From positions 1 to 27,314 of the forward strand of contig JBMGUZ010000036.1 in NCBI GenBank assembly GCA_051530055.1: 27,314 nucleotides of DNA. The letters run 5' to 3'. Shown here one piece after another: positions 11,674-23,100 of this stretch. Both the position numbers and the translations under genes were made by a program. This DNA is from Neoechinorhynchus agilis. Taxonomy: Eukaryota > Animalia > Acanthocephala. Each line of letters begins with the position of its first letter. Within the stretch, counting starts at the first letter, position 1. A model generated the notes under the pieces. That model worked only from the letters and a program-made list of their open reading frames with translations, ran no database searches and was not told the origin of the DNA.

Positions 11674-12357
11674 TCAGTATAAGGGTCTTGGAGCCGATTG
11701 CGCCTGTTCCAGTTCTTTCTTCTTCTCCTTCTCTAGCGAATTGATGTGCCCGTTAAGAGCAGACTTAAATTTTGACTCTTCGTACGGAAACTCCGCGCTA
11801 CCATTTGTGATCTCTTTTTGTTCTGCGTATCGTGCTATGTGTACTTTTCCAGCCTTGGATTTGTTGTCCCGTTTCTCCGCGTGAACGTGCTGTTTGTACT
11901 TATCATTACCGGCAACGATTTTTTTGATATCCGTGTAATTTTTATCCGTTTTTGAATCCGGGTCCACATAATACTCCACATCTACGCATCTATCTTCGAA
12001 TAAATCTTTTCCATAATCAAAAAATTCCTGAAATCTTGACTTTTCATATTGTTTCAACTCATATTCTTTGTAGATATGCATTCCACTTACATATATTTCC
12101 ACTCCTCCAGCCTTAGATTTATTTTGATCTTTCACCAGATCAACACAATGTCCTTTATTAAAAGCGTTGATGACTTCTTGAATCTCAGTATAATTTGAAT
12201 CGGTTTCCGTGTCCGATTCCGTATAATAATGCACATCCATCTGTCCAAACAGACCACCTCTTCTCCTCTGTTCCGGCAATGTCGATTCTTGGCGTTTTTG
12301 GTTTCCACTGCTGAAACCAATTGAAATGAAAGCTGTGAAGCAGAGAAGAGCGATCAT
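11674..12357 (-). CDS. Predicted secreted protein, 227 aa, two imperfect about 85-aa repeats, unknown function
   Basis: ATG at 12357 gives a hydrophobic signal-like MIALLCFTAFISIGFS. Repeats: DVHYY..NYTEI..NKSKAGGVEI..YEKSRF and DVEYY..NYTDI..NKSKAGKVHI..YEESKF. An upstream TATA box and a downstream AATAAA flank the ORF. Confidence 0.8.
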   Translation of the reverse strand: MIALLCFTAFISIGFSSGNQKRQESTLPEQRRRGGLFGQMDVHYYTESDTETDSNYTEIQEVINAFNKGHCVDLVKDQNKSKAGGVEIYVSGMHIYKEYELKQYEKSRFQEFFDYGKDLFEDRCVDVEYYVDPDSKTDKNYTDIKKIVAGNDKYKQHVHAEKRDNKSKAGKVHIARYAEQKEITNGSAEFPYEESKFKSALNGHINSLEKEKKKELEQAQSAPRPLY

Positions 12358-12412
12358 TTTAAGGTTCGATGGAGAGAGAGAGAAGTTTGACTTTGGAACG
12401 ATGAATCGCCTC

Positions 12413-12420
12413 TTTTTATA
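12413..12420 (-). promoter_or_regulatory. TATA box of the secreted-protein gene
   Basis: TATAAAAA on the minus strand, about 56 nt upstream of the ATG at 12357. Confidence 0.55.
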
Positions 12421-13279
12421 CTCAAGATGTTTTGACAACAATCGATGACAAACTCAAAAATAGAATAATAATCAACAAGAATCTTTTGGAAAACAAGTAA
12501 TCACTTACCTCGACTAATAAGCGTCTACGAACAATTTTCTCGTTCAATTTAAACTCGTTTTTGTGCTTTAACGTCGATTTTTTGTTGGTTTTCCGAATGC
12601 TTAAACTCGACATTTTCAATCTGATATTTTTATAATATGAAAATAAACTCTTCCACGGGCTATTTTATCAGTTTTTGTTTGGGTACTTCAATCTTCTTCC
12701 ACGATGTGACATTGGTCGTAAAAATTGCAATACAAATTTCGTGGAAGCACCTTTCAACCGTCCAGGATATAAATAGTCTCTCGTCGATAGATGATTCCAG
12801 CGAATCCTAGACCACAAACTGAAACGAACTTTCCATATACTTCAATGTTGCTACTTTAACGCACAAACTTCACATCTTCCTTTCGACTTTGTAGATCGCT
12901 GAGCTTAAGTCTTAAGACGACCAAAGCTTGAGAATAAAGATTTTTCTTTCAACAGCCCGCTCAAGTGTCCATTTTCGAAATTATAAAACTTGAAATTAAA
13001 ATTCTTAAAAAATTCGGTACATCAGTCGTATTTAGCGCGGTTGTTGGTTTTGATTTGGGTCAAAATTTGGCTAGAATTTTACAGCCGGATACCCGTCCTG
13101 GTGCCAACAAAAAAAACCGTGCGCTATTTTTTTTTGTTTAAATTTTGCGCTCTGATAAAATCAAAGAAACAGCCTAGTAAGCAGCCGATATCTTCTCTGA
13201 AAGGTTAGTATATTGGAAGATATGGCCACTACACTTTCCGGTTCAAGTTTTCCTCTGGTTTCGGACGTAGTTATTTCCC

Positions 13280-15930
13280 CCATGTGAAGTTAGGAATGAT
13301 TGTGTCCCAGTTTCGAACATTATTAAACGTCCAACCAAGAAGGATGATTTTGTTGTGAAGATCTCAAAGGAAGCTTTGGGTACCAGATCACCTGCTGAGC
13401 TTACACGAACCTATTTTTCACGTTATTTGGTCCCTGGCGGCAAAGCGTCTCTTGGGCATTTCAACATCAAGAGGTTATTCGCTGCCAAATTTCATATTAT
13501 CTTCTGCTTTTTCGATGCGGAAGGGAGGGACTTATTTTTCAAAATGTTGACGGGCTTGGATATTACGTTTGTTGATCTTTCAAGAAGGGTGACCATTAGA
13601 ATGTTTAATCCGCCTCAAGAACTGGTTGCAGAAGGTTTTCGCTTGGTGGAGAAGGAATTAGGTGTGAAACCGATAAAATACCTATTCAGTCAAAATTCGG
13701 TTTCAGCATATTCACTTCTTTGTTCTGCCCCGGTGGAGACTGCAGACATATTGGTTTCCTCAGGTCGTGTCACACTGGGTGACCTTCTCCAGGTAGTTAA
13801 TTTACGACTTCAACCTGACTGCCAAAAATGCTCTGTATGGGGACATACGGAATCAGTCTGCAAGTCTTCGCCGAGATGCATCTTTTGCGCTGGCTCCCAC
13901 CATAAAAAGGACCGTAAGGCACAGGATAATCCTCTCTGCGCAAATTGTGGAAAGAGACATCCACCAGCCTTTGCTAGGAAGTGCAAGTCTCACACAATCC
14001 TTCATGGATACAGAGAATAGTAAGGGATGGGCTACTTACAATCCTCATCCAGTTCACAGTGCTGACAACACTAAACAATCTGTTCGTAAGAAAGTGAAGC
14101 CTTGTACCTTGGAGGACATTTCACTTTTCCCTACTGACTCTATTACTATATCCCACTCCTCATCCCAAAGGAGTTTAAACTTTGAAAACGAATTCTCTTA
14201 AAATCCATGCTTGCGTGGATTGTTGAGGGACTGACAAATCCGGATTTTGCTTCTCATGCAAATGGACTATCCTTACAAGAAAATACCTCATTTAATAAAA
14301 TTAGGGAAATGATTAATTTCTCTTCTACGAAAAGACAAATCTCACCATACTCTAGAGAATTGGACGAATCAAATCCAAAACGTAACAGATCTTAATATAA
14401 CGGCAGAGCCTCTATGGACCCCTGACTCAAATTTTTCTTTTATAACACATAATGCCTTTGGAGCATATAGGTTCTCTTTTTTCAAGAAACTGGTCCATTT
14501 TTACATCCAATAACTATAAGTGCTTTCTCTTATCTCCACGTTTTACTAATCCCTCATCCAGTATAGGATTTACCGGCGGACTTCAACTTTTTATTCTGGA
14601 TAAGTATGCCCTCAAGCTGCTCTTTCAGGAGAAGAACGAGATCTTTGCGATACAGATCGTGTCTATTAAAAACCCTCTATACGGTTCCTTCTCACCCTCT
14701 AATCCCCTTTTAACGATATGCAATCTCTATATTCAACCCAAGAAAGTTAACTCTTTTACCAAAATGTATATTAACTTCTTATTATTTTGGGATCCCGACT
14801 TTATAGTTTTTTTCTCAGGCCTCAGACCGTTCTTTAAATCTCAAGACTTTTTATTACCTAAATTTCCATCTTTTCATAACTTTAGTTCAATCAGGCACTC
14901 CTTTTTGGATGGTGCAATTCTTAAAAAGAAATTTCTTTTATCCCTCTCATCAATTACAGGTCCAGTATCTCCTGGGACATGGTTTTATTTTATTTCAATC
15001 CAACGGACTCTCACTTAGAGATTTTATTATTTTAAATGACATATCCATACGAAATTTTAATAATGAACTTAGTTCCTTGCTCTCTAAAAGGAACTTGATT
15101 TCTTTTAGCATCTTTAACGACCTCATTTTACTTTCTGTAAAGAAACATCTTATCACTCAATCTTACATTAAGCGTCCTCCTCTATGTAGGACTGCAAATA
15201 TTTTTTGATAAAAAAGAAATCATTGCTAATCTTTTTAATAACAAAACTCTTCATGATTTCTTCATGAAGAAATTTTACACTGAAAAATTCTTCTTTCAGA
15301 TTGAACAGGAGAAGAAAACCCTAGTGAATCTCAAACTTTTTGGCAAAGGTTTTTTGTCGACCATTTTAAACAAAAAACCATCCTGTTGGAGAGCAAAGCT
15401 GCCAATTGGATTGGTTCAATTTCTTATCCCAAGGTGATTGAGGAAATTTTAAATGCGCATACATTCTCGGCTTACGTAAGCCCCTCCTCTTCCCATTTTT
15501 AATAAAAAATTATTCTCTTGGAACTTAGACATTAATTTCCTATTGGAATCGTGCAGATCTCACGGTTCCGTGTCTAATAACTCAATGAGCTGCTCCCCGA
15601 AAATCATCGCTGCTATTAGCGATGAGATTAAATTTTTATTCTTTTCAAAATTAAAATTTACAAAACTAGATTTTGATGATCTTCTTCATATTAATATAGT
15701 GAAGAAAGTCTTTTTACGAAAAACCAAGGGAATTATTTCAAAACCGGCTCATATTCGAGTAATTTCAATTCAGAATCCTATAATCTCTTGCATAGAAAGA
15801 TAAAATGCGATGTTGAAGCAAGCACCTCGCACCTTCCTGTACCTACGCTCCTTAGTTCCTACCCGAATAGGAATCCTTCCGACCAGATATTACCTCCCGA
15901 ACGCACATCCCTCGGCCGCATATATCCATA
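13280..15930 (+). mobile_element. Degenerate APE-type non-LTR retrotransposon (I/Jockey/R1-like): ORF1 gag, endonuclease, RT start, 3' UTR piece
   Basis: ORF1 has three zinc knuckles (CQKCSVWGHTESVC, CIFCAGSHHKKDR, CANCGKRHPPAFARKC). APE-like stretch: GGLQLFI, LTICNLYIQP, SFLDGAI. RT-start-like stretch: KPAHIRVISIQNPIISCIER. Most of the RT is missing and the boundaries are approximate. Confidence 0.72.
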
Positions 15931-16030
15931 TTTACAGATCTTTTCTTTTTTGAACAATTATTAACTTGAGTGCTTATGGGGTTATTCTGAACAATAAACG
16001 TGTTATTAATGTAATGTACATTGATTTAGG

Positions 16031-17402
16031 TTTTTATAGCGAATTATAATAATTGATTTATTTGATAATTTTCGGCCTTTGCGTAGGCCAACGCAAAGGA
16101 GATGTTCTGCAGTGTAGGAGCTACCGCGGCATGAAACTCATGTCTCACACAATGAAACTGTGGTAACGAATGATCGATTACAGGATTAGCGAGGAGATCC
16201 GAATCAGCGAGGACCAACGAGGATTCATGAGCGGCAGAAGCACAATCGACGCAATATTCGTGCTAAGGCAGCTGTATGAGAGGTAGTGTGTTTGTCGATT
16301 TGGATGGGGCGTGCGACACGGTCCCTCGGGATCTAGTGATCCAGTGTGGGCATGGCTCAGTAAAAGGAATTGTCCCGAACACTATGTCGCGGCGATCCAA
16401 GCGATGTATCGAGAGTACTACACCTGCGTGCGATGCCACAGCGGAACCACCGACTATTTCCGAGTCTCCGTGGTTCGGCAACAGGGTTCGGTCCTGAGCC
16501 CATTCTTGTTCACGATCGTGATGGACGTCCTAGGAAATGCGGAAAGAGAAATGAACCCGCCATGGACGACACTATTCGCGGACGATTTGGTGCTTACAGC
16601 TAGGGACGTGGACACGCTCAAGAATTTGCTGTAGAATTGGCGACAGCGATTAGGAAGCAACGGATTGAGAGTGAGCAGGCGCACAACGAAATAAATGGGG
16701 TCGTGTAACCTCGATATGCAAGGAACTTAGATCAAAAAGATCTTCAAATATTTGGGCAGCATGTTGAACATGCAATGTGAGCTCGAACCAGAGATCGGAC
16801 AAAGAGTTCACTGCAGGTGGAACAACTGGAGGAAGACAATAGGCATCCTTTGCGATAAGCTTCTCCCGAAATGGCGGGTGTACAAGGCAGTAGTGAGACC
16901 CGCAATGCTTTACGTAGCAGAGACGTGGGCTACGAAGAAGGAAAACGATCAACGATTAGCCGTCAACGAAATGCGGATGCTGAGATGGTCCGCAGGATTG
17001 ACACGCAAGCATCGAGTGCCCAATGAGGAGGTGCGAAAACTGTTTAATGCCGAGCCGATCGAGGAGGCAATCGCAAAGAGGCGGATGCGATGGTACCTGC
17101 AGGTGACACAAGCAAATGAAGACGCCTGGGTTAAGAGCGCATGGAGAATCGAACTCGAGGGGAAACGAAAAGAGGGAGGCCCAAGAAGAGGTGGGAGGAC
17201 AGTGTGAACGGAGATTTCAAGACGCTGGGAAAGGAGAACAAAGACGAAAGCTGACAATGCTGAAAAGAACGACCTCTCAAGTGAGAGAAAAGTTTAAAGA
17301 AATGTTGTTGCATAGGCCTTCTTCGTCAGTCTATTGTTTGTTAGTAATCGACGCTATGGGCCGAAAATTATCAAATCAATTATTATAATTCGCTTTAAAA
17401 AA
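16031..17402. repeat. About 45-bp inverted repeats (16031-16077 and 17359-17402) flanking the RTE fragment
   Basis: GCGAATTATAATAATTGATTT(ATTT)GATAATTTTCGGCC versus its reverse complement GGCCGAAAATTATCAAATCAATTATTATAATTCGC. Confidence 0.8.
16095..17305 (+). mobile_element. 5'-truncated, degenerate RTE-clade non-LTR retrotransposon (RT and C-terminus)
   Basis: GDVLQCRSYRGMKLMSHTMKLW*RMI, QRGFMSGRSTIDAIFVLRQL, QGSVLSPFLF, LFADDLVL, FKYLGS, YKAVVRPAMLYVAETW, EMRMLRWSAG. Several stops and frameshifts. Confidence 0.93.
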
Positions 17403-18206
17403 GTTAAAATGATGAACATCTTTACAACTTATATCTAGTTCAAAGTCCGCCTCATTCGCCGGTTAACAGCGTGGCGAATAAACGCGTGCGCGATCCCATT
17501 TGGATTCATTTTGCGTCATAATGGTCGCATTGTTGTTAAAAATGGCCAAGTATCGCAGAACTGGCATCGGTGCCTCTGCTCAGAGCGAATATTTGCGTTT
17601 TTTTGTTCTTTTTTTTTCCAAATTGTTTGTTTGGCCTAAGTAGGATTTACTACATTCGGTGCTGCGAATTTTGTAACTTCAGCGACTTAATCCTCCCAAT
17701 TTTATACTTAATTGGTACCATATCCGTCGGCATACTAATCTTCCTGTATAAACAATGGTTGCAAACTCCACTCCTATTACATTCTGATTCTCCGATTCAT
17801 CGCTGGCCATTGAATGTTGCTGTGCTTTGAGAATTCAACATGCTTGAGAACGTCTCTGTGGATTTGTCAGCTAAGATAAATGTATCATCCATGTATCTCT
17901 GTGCCAGAATTCGACACACGCACACGATGGTGGGTTGCAATCCGTAGTTCTTGGGTTCGAAATTGAAATTCGTGTTGCCTAACGGCGGAGATTCGCAACA
18001 CAGAAGAAACAGTCACGCAAATTCTGGAAATGGTAAGATCGTTTTTGGTTTGTTTCATTTTCGCACTACTCCAGTTGCTGCCGCTCATATCAAACTTACG
18101 TGTCGTTCATCTTTTCTCGCCACTATAAGGCGCAAAATAGTCACGATTATGTGAGTGTGAGTTATATTTGCACTCACTGTTGTAGACTCTTCGTCAACTA
18201 CAGAAA

Positions 18207-18836
18207 ATGTCGGTTGCGATGCAAGATCCTCCATTTGTGGTGTTCGTTCTCGGTCGTCCAGGTGCCGGAAAAGGGACTCAATGTGCTTTAATTTCTAAAC
18301 ATTTTAACTATATCCATCTATCGGCTGGAGACCTTCTTCGAAAGGAACGCGCCGAGCCCGGTTCGGAGCATGGAGAATTGATAGAATCGTACATTACGAA
18401 CGGACTTATAGTTCCAGTCGAAATAACGTGTTCATTGATTGAACGAGCGATGAGAGACAGCGGAAAAGATAGATTCGTGATTGATGGATTCCCTCGGAAT
18501 CAAGATAACTTCTGAATCGGGATCGTCGAAAGGGGCCTCGGCGATTCTGATCTTGTAGACGGTTGGCGAAAGCAATTAAGCAACAAAGCCAACGTTAAAT
18601 TCGTCTTGTTTTTTGATGTTTCCGAAGAAACAGGAGTTCAGAGGTGCATTGAACGGGGATGTTCTTCTAATAGAACGGACGACAACAAACAAAGTCTTCT
18701 AAAGCGACTGAGGACTTATAATGAGCAAACAATGCCTATTGTAAAGCATTACCAAGCTCAGAATCTTGTGCGTTTCGTAGACGCCAATAGATCTGTCGAA
18801 GAAATTTTCAACGACGTTAAAAAATTAAATTGGTAA
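18207..18836 (+). CDS. CMPK1: UMP-CMP kinase (adenylate kinase family); predicted exons 18207-18513 and 18559-18836, 194 aa
   Basis: [14 protein letters not shown]-loop, [51 protein letters not shown]. Both halves are in the same frame, separated by a 45-nt segment containing TGA. It could be a pseudogene if that segment is not spliced. Confidence 0.88.
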
Positions 18837-19052
18837 TGTGAAAGCAAGCGATATTATTTGCTAAGAGGGAAGAATCGGGAAATTCAAATTAACAGCCTTT
18901 CCTTTTGAACAATCCTGCCAGTCTGTTCGTTATCTCTTAGAACATTCTAATGGTCCTTCTGTAGCCAGAAAAACAAATCACGATTATTGCGTGTATTATT
19001 ACGTTTGGTTTTCGTACCGTGAGTTTTTCGTTTTCTGACACGTTTACGTTCG

Positions 19053-20147
19053 CCACCAACTTTTTAACTCCATAAATCACCGAAATTTCAATTTGAAACT
19101 CTTCAAAACATTCTGAAGTTTATGCTCGGTATCAATTTGCTTGAATGTTTAAATTTTTTGTTGGTTTGTTTTTCTTAAAACGGTAAAATTTCCCTTTCTC
19201 TTGCACAAAATTTTCGGTAGTAATTGTTCATCTCCTCCACAGGCAGCAATCCACAACATCGAATTTCCCACGAACTTTTTAACTCCATAAATCACCGAAA
19301 TTTCAATTTGAAACTCTTCAAAACATTCTGAGGTTTATGCTCGGTATCAATCGGCTTGAATGTTTAAATCATTTGTTGGTTTGTTTTTCTTAAAACGGTA
19401 AAAGTTCCCTTTCTCTTGCACAAAATTTTCGGTAGTAATTGTTTATCTCCTCCACAGGCAGCAATCCACAACATCGAATTTCCCACGAACTTTTTAACTC
19501 CATAAATCACCGAAATTTCAATTTGAAACTCTTCAAAACATTCTGAGGTTTATGCTCAGTATCAATTTGCTTGCATGTTTAAATTTTTTGTTGGTTTGTT
19601 TTTCTTAAAAACGGTAAAAAAAAGTTTCCCTTTCTCTTGCATAAAATTTTCGGTAGTAATTGTTCATCTCCTTCACAGGCATCAATCCACAACATCGAAT
19701 TTCCCACCAACTTTTTAACTCCCTAAATCACCGAAATTTCAATTTGAAACTCTTCAAAAACATTCTGAAGTTTATGCTCGGTATCAATTTGCTTGAATGT
19801 TTAAATTTTTTGTTGGTTTGTTTTTCTTAAAACGGTAAAAGTTCCCTTTCTCTTGCACAAAATTTTCGGTAGCAATTGTTCATCTCCTTCACAGGCCGCA
19901 ATCCACAACATCGAATTTCCCACGAACTTTTTAACTCCCTAAATCACCGAAATTTCAATTTGAAACTCTTCAAAACATTCTGAAGTTTATGTTCGGTATC
20001 AATTTTCTTGAATGTTTTGATTTTTGTTCCCAAAGTTTTGTTTGGCGATTCTTTATATCCTTCAAAGGCAACAATCAAGAGAATCGAATTCGCCACTAAC
20101 TGTTTAAATCACTGAAATTTCAATTTAAATCCTTCCAAACATTCTGA
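19053..20147 (-). repeat. Second array of the 215-bp satellite, inverted, about 5 monomers, last one degenerate
   Basis: Reverse complement of the 1-7130 monomer, with unit starts near 19053, 19268, 19483, 19703 and 19918. It diverges from about 20010 onward. Confidence 0.96.
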
Positions 20148-20171
20148 TCTTAGCTACCTTTTTTTGAAGAT

Positions 20172-23100
20172 ATGGATAATCGACGAGGTTATTCGTCCGG
20201 TCGACGAGGTGAAAGATATCAACGTCGAGGTGGAGGATATAGTAATCGTAGGCAGCAAAGCGGACGTTTCCAATCTGGACCTGACCGAGGGGGGCATCGT
20301 GGTAGAGGTGAAGACCAGGGATATCATCACCGTGGTGGTCCAGAAGGATTTAGAGGAAGAGGCGATAATCGTGGACGTTTTCATGGTGGTGTTGGTAGTG
20401 GACCAAGAAGACAACAATTCGGTAGTTCAATGGCATCGGGTAATGAGATTTTCAGGTTTACGGAAGGCATTGCAAAACAAGTAATTTTGAATCATACTTT
20501 TAAACAGCCAGATTTTGAGTCATTTGATATATGCCAACTTGGTACCGATAGACAATCGCCAGCATCGATTTCAACAGCCGTAAGAAAAATGGACATTAAA
20601 AAGCCAATAAAGGTGATGATAAATTACTATCCGTTCATTAAGCTTGGTGGTTTCTTCGTTTCTCAGTATGACGTGATTATCGAGGACGCATCTACAAGAA
20701 CAGTTGCTAACGATCCTAACAATTTCAACAAGCTTTCTCCGCTAAGGCAAAGAATGTTGGTTCAAAAAGCATTGCTCAAGATTTCCGAGCACCAGAATCC
20801 TGACTTCAGATACCGCGTTATTTATGATGGTGGCCGTATTGTGTACGCATTGAACGGTTGCCTTAATGGTGAAGACAAAAGGAGTGTATTTATGCAAAAT
20901 AGATATAGAGTGGTTTTTGAGAAAACTGCGGATATCGACATGAAAAGCGATACTCAAATGGTAAAGAATGCTGATCGGAAAATTGCTTTGTTACGGCCTC
21001 AATTGGCAGTTATCGACACGATCACAAAAACAGCACTTTCATGTCTTCTAGAAAGTTTTGGAAGATCGTTTTTTCCCATAAATGAACCACCCGTTCATCG
21101 ACTTGATCCATTGATGGGTCTTTTTAAAGGAATATTTGCCAGTGCTGTGGTCGCTTTCGATGCGTTGGCTTTAAATGTAGATGTTGCGAATGCTGTTCTT
21201 GCTCCGGAGATCTCGCTACTTGAGTATTTTAGGATTAAGGGATATTCGGACGCCGATGTTATGTGTGATAGTACGAATTCAAGAACTCTTGAACGTATGA
21301 GTGATTTAGTGTTTAAAGAAAGGAAAAAGGTTGTTATAAAATACAATGCAGAAGGAACGCACAAACGATTCGGTACATTTCATTCTCTTAATATAAAGTC
21401 GCCATATCAATACGAGTTTTCTTTGGACAAAGATGATAATGAGAGTAAAAAAGTCACCGTTGCACAATATTTCAAAAAGCAATACAATTACGATTGTTCG
21501 CGTCAATATGTGAGCGTGGCAACCGGGGGAGACGGACACGCAATCGTGCCGATTGAGCTTGTTTATTTGGCATCACGAAAAGTCCCAAACGAAGAATTAA
21601 GAAATTATATGGCTGATGTAATCAAGAAAACAGCGCTTCCTCCATGCCAAAGAATGAATGAAATTAATTCTAAAAATGAATATTTCCGATCAAAAATGAG
21701 CGAAAACAGTGATTGTGGCAAGTACCTACGGGCGTGGAATATTGAGGTATCCGATCGAATGGCTGTTGTAAAAGCTGGCATTCTGCCGATACCTCAGTTA
21801 TTCCACCAAAATGGTCAGATTTCTTACCCTCGAGCAACGGGATCCTGGTACGGTGGTCAAAACTTCTCCTATTTTCCGGGGACATTGACTACCAATGAAG
21901 TAACTTGGTCGTATTATATATTCCCAGGAGACAGATTTATAAATGATGACACCGTTCAAAGATTCCTATACTCGTTAACGGACATGGCTAGGAAATGTGG
22001 GATTCGTCTTGCCCAAAATGGACATTGCCATCAATGGCCGTTGGCTGAATTCAATGTCGAGTTCCCTCGGTACATTTTATCGGGACATGCAACGAAGTTA
22101 ACGTTTTTCTTCTCAAGACAAAACAGCATGCAATACCAAGGAGTGAAGGCTGCCGCGGAACTGGTCGGCGGTGTGGTCACTCAATTCATTACAGACAAAG
22201 CTTTAAACAAAAGAGATCGAAGTGGTGGACCTGATGGCCAGGTAATCGCAAATATATGCCACAAGTTATGTGCTAAGCTCGGCGGTATCAACTTGAGTCT
22301 TAATCGAGCCCCAGCGTCTACTACATTTTCTCCAAATACCGGGAATTACGGACGGACCATGTTTATCGGTCTCGATGTTACCCATCATGCTCTAAAAAGC
22401 AAAGGACTCACTAGTCGAGTATCAATCGCTGCTGTTGTAGCTTCAGTCGATTTCGTTCCTCATTCCTACATTACCGAGATTTCCCTTCAGAAAAATCCTC
22501 GGTATTCACGAGAAAGTGTTGAAATTGTTTATAACATGCAAACAATAATGCGACGGATATTGGTAAAGTATCGAGAGCGAAACAACTGTTTGCCAGATCG
22601 AATAATTGTGTACAGAGACGGTGTATCCGATGGTCAACTTGGCCTTGTCAATCGATTTGAAGTCAATGGCATAATAGAAGCCTGTCGAAAAGAAGGGATG
22701 CAGAATAATGTATTCCTTTCGGTTATTGTCGTCCAGAAACGGCATCATCTCCGAATGTTTCCAGTGGATCGAAACGATGCGGATCGCAATGGTAACCCGC
22801 TTCCGGGTACAGTTTACGCTCAAGAAATCTGCATGGATTCGAAAATAGACGCATTTCTGGTGAGCCACGCTGGAATCCAAGGAACATCGAGACCAACGCG
22901 GTACAGATTAATCTATGATTCCATTGGATTTAGTGAGAACGATCTTATGCAATTGACTTTTAATTTGTGCCATTTATACGCCAAATGCTTTCGCTCAGTC
23001 TCAATCCCGGCACCTTGCTATTATGCCCACCACGTCGCTTTCCGAGCGAGACACTATGTGGAATTTGCGCAAATTTGCGATCAGCGAATATGGGACTATC

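Noticed and set aside
12422-13208. Short ORFs and a GTAAGT donor-like site upstream of the secreted-protein gene
   Set aside because: No coherent reading frame or recognisable domain could be assembled.
17400-18200. Several 60-86 aa ORFs upstream of the kinase
   Set aside because: No motifs or consistent gene signals; treated as intergenic or promoter sequence.
18513-18515. TGA readthrough, selenocysteine or an alternative genetic code in the kinase
   Set aside because: It would add 15 residues inside a conserved motif. A 45-nt excision restores the family length, and TGA terminates other ORFs here.
20148-20171. Relic spliced-leader sequence before the Argonaute ATG (retrocopy signature)
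   Set aside because: TACCTTTTTTTGAAG only loosely resembles some leaders, and the organism's SL is unknown. A splice acceptor is the simpler reading.
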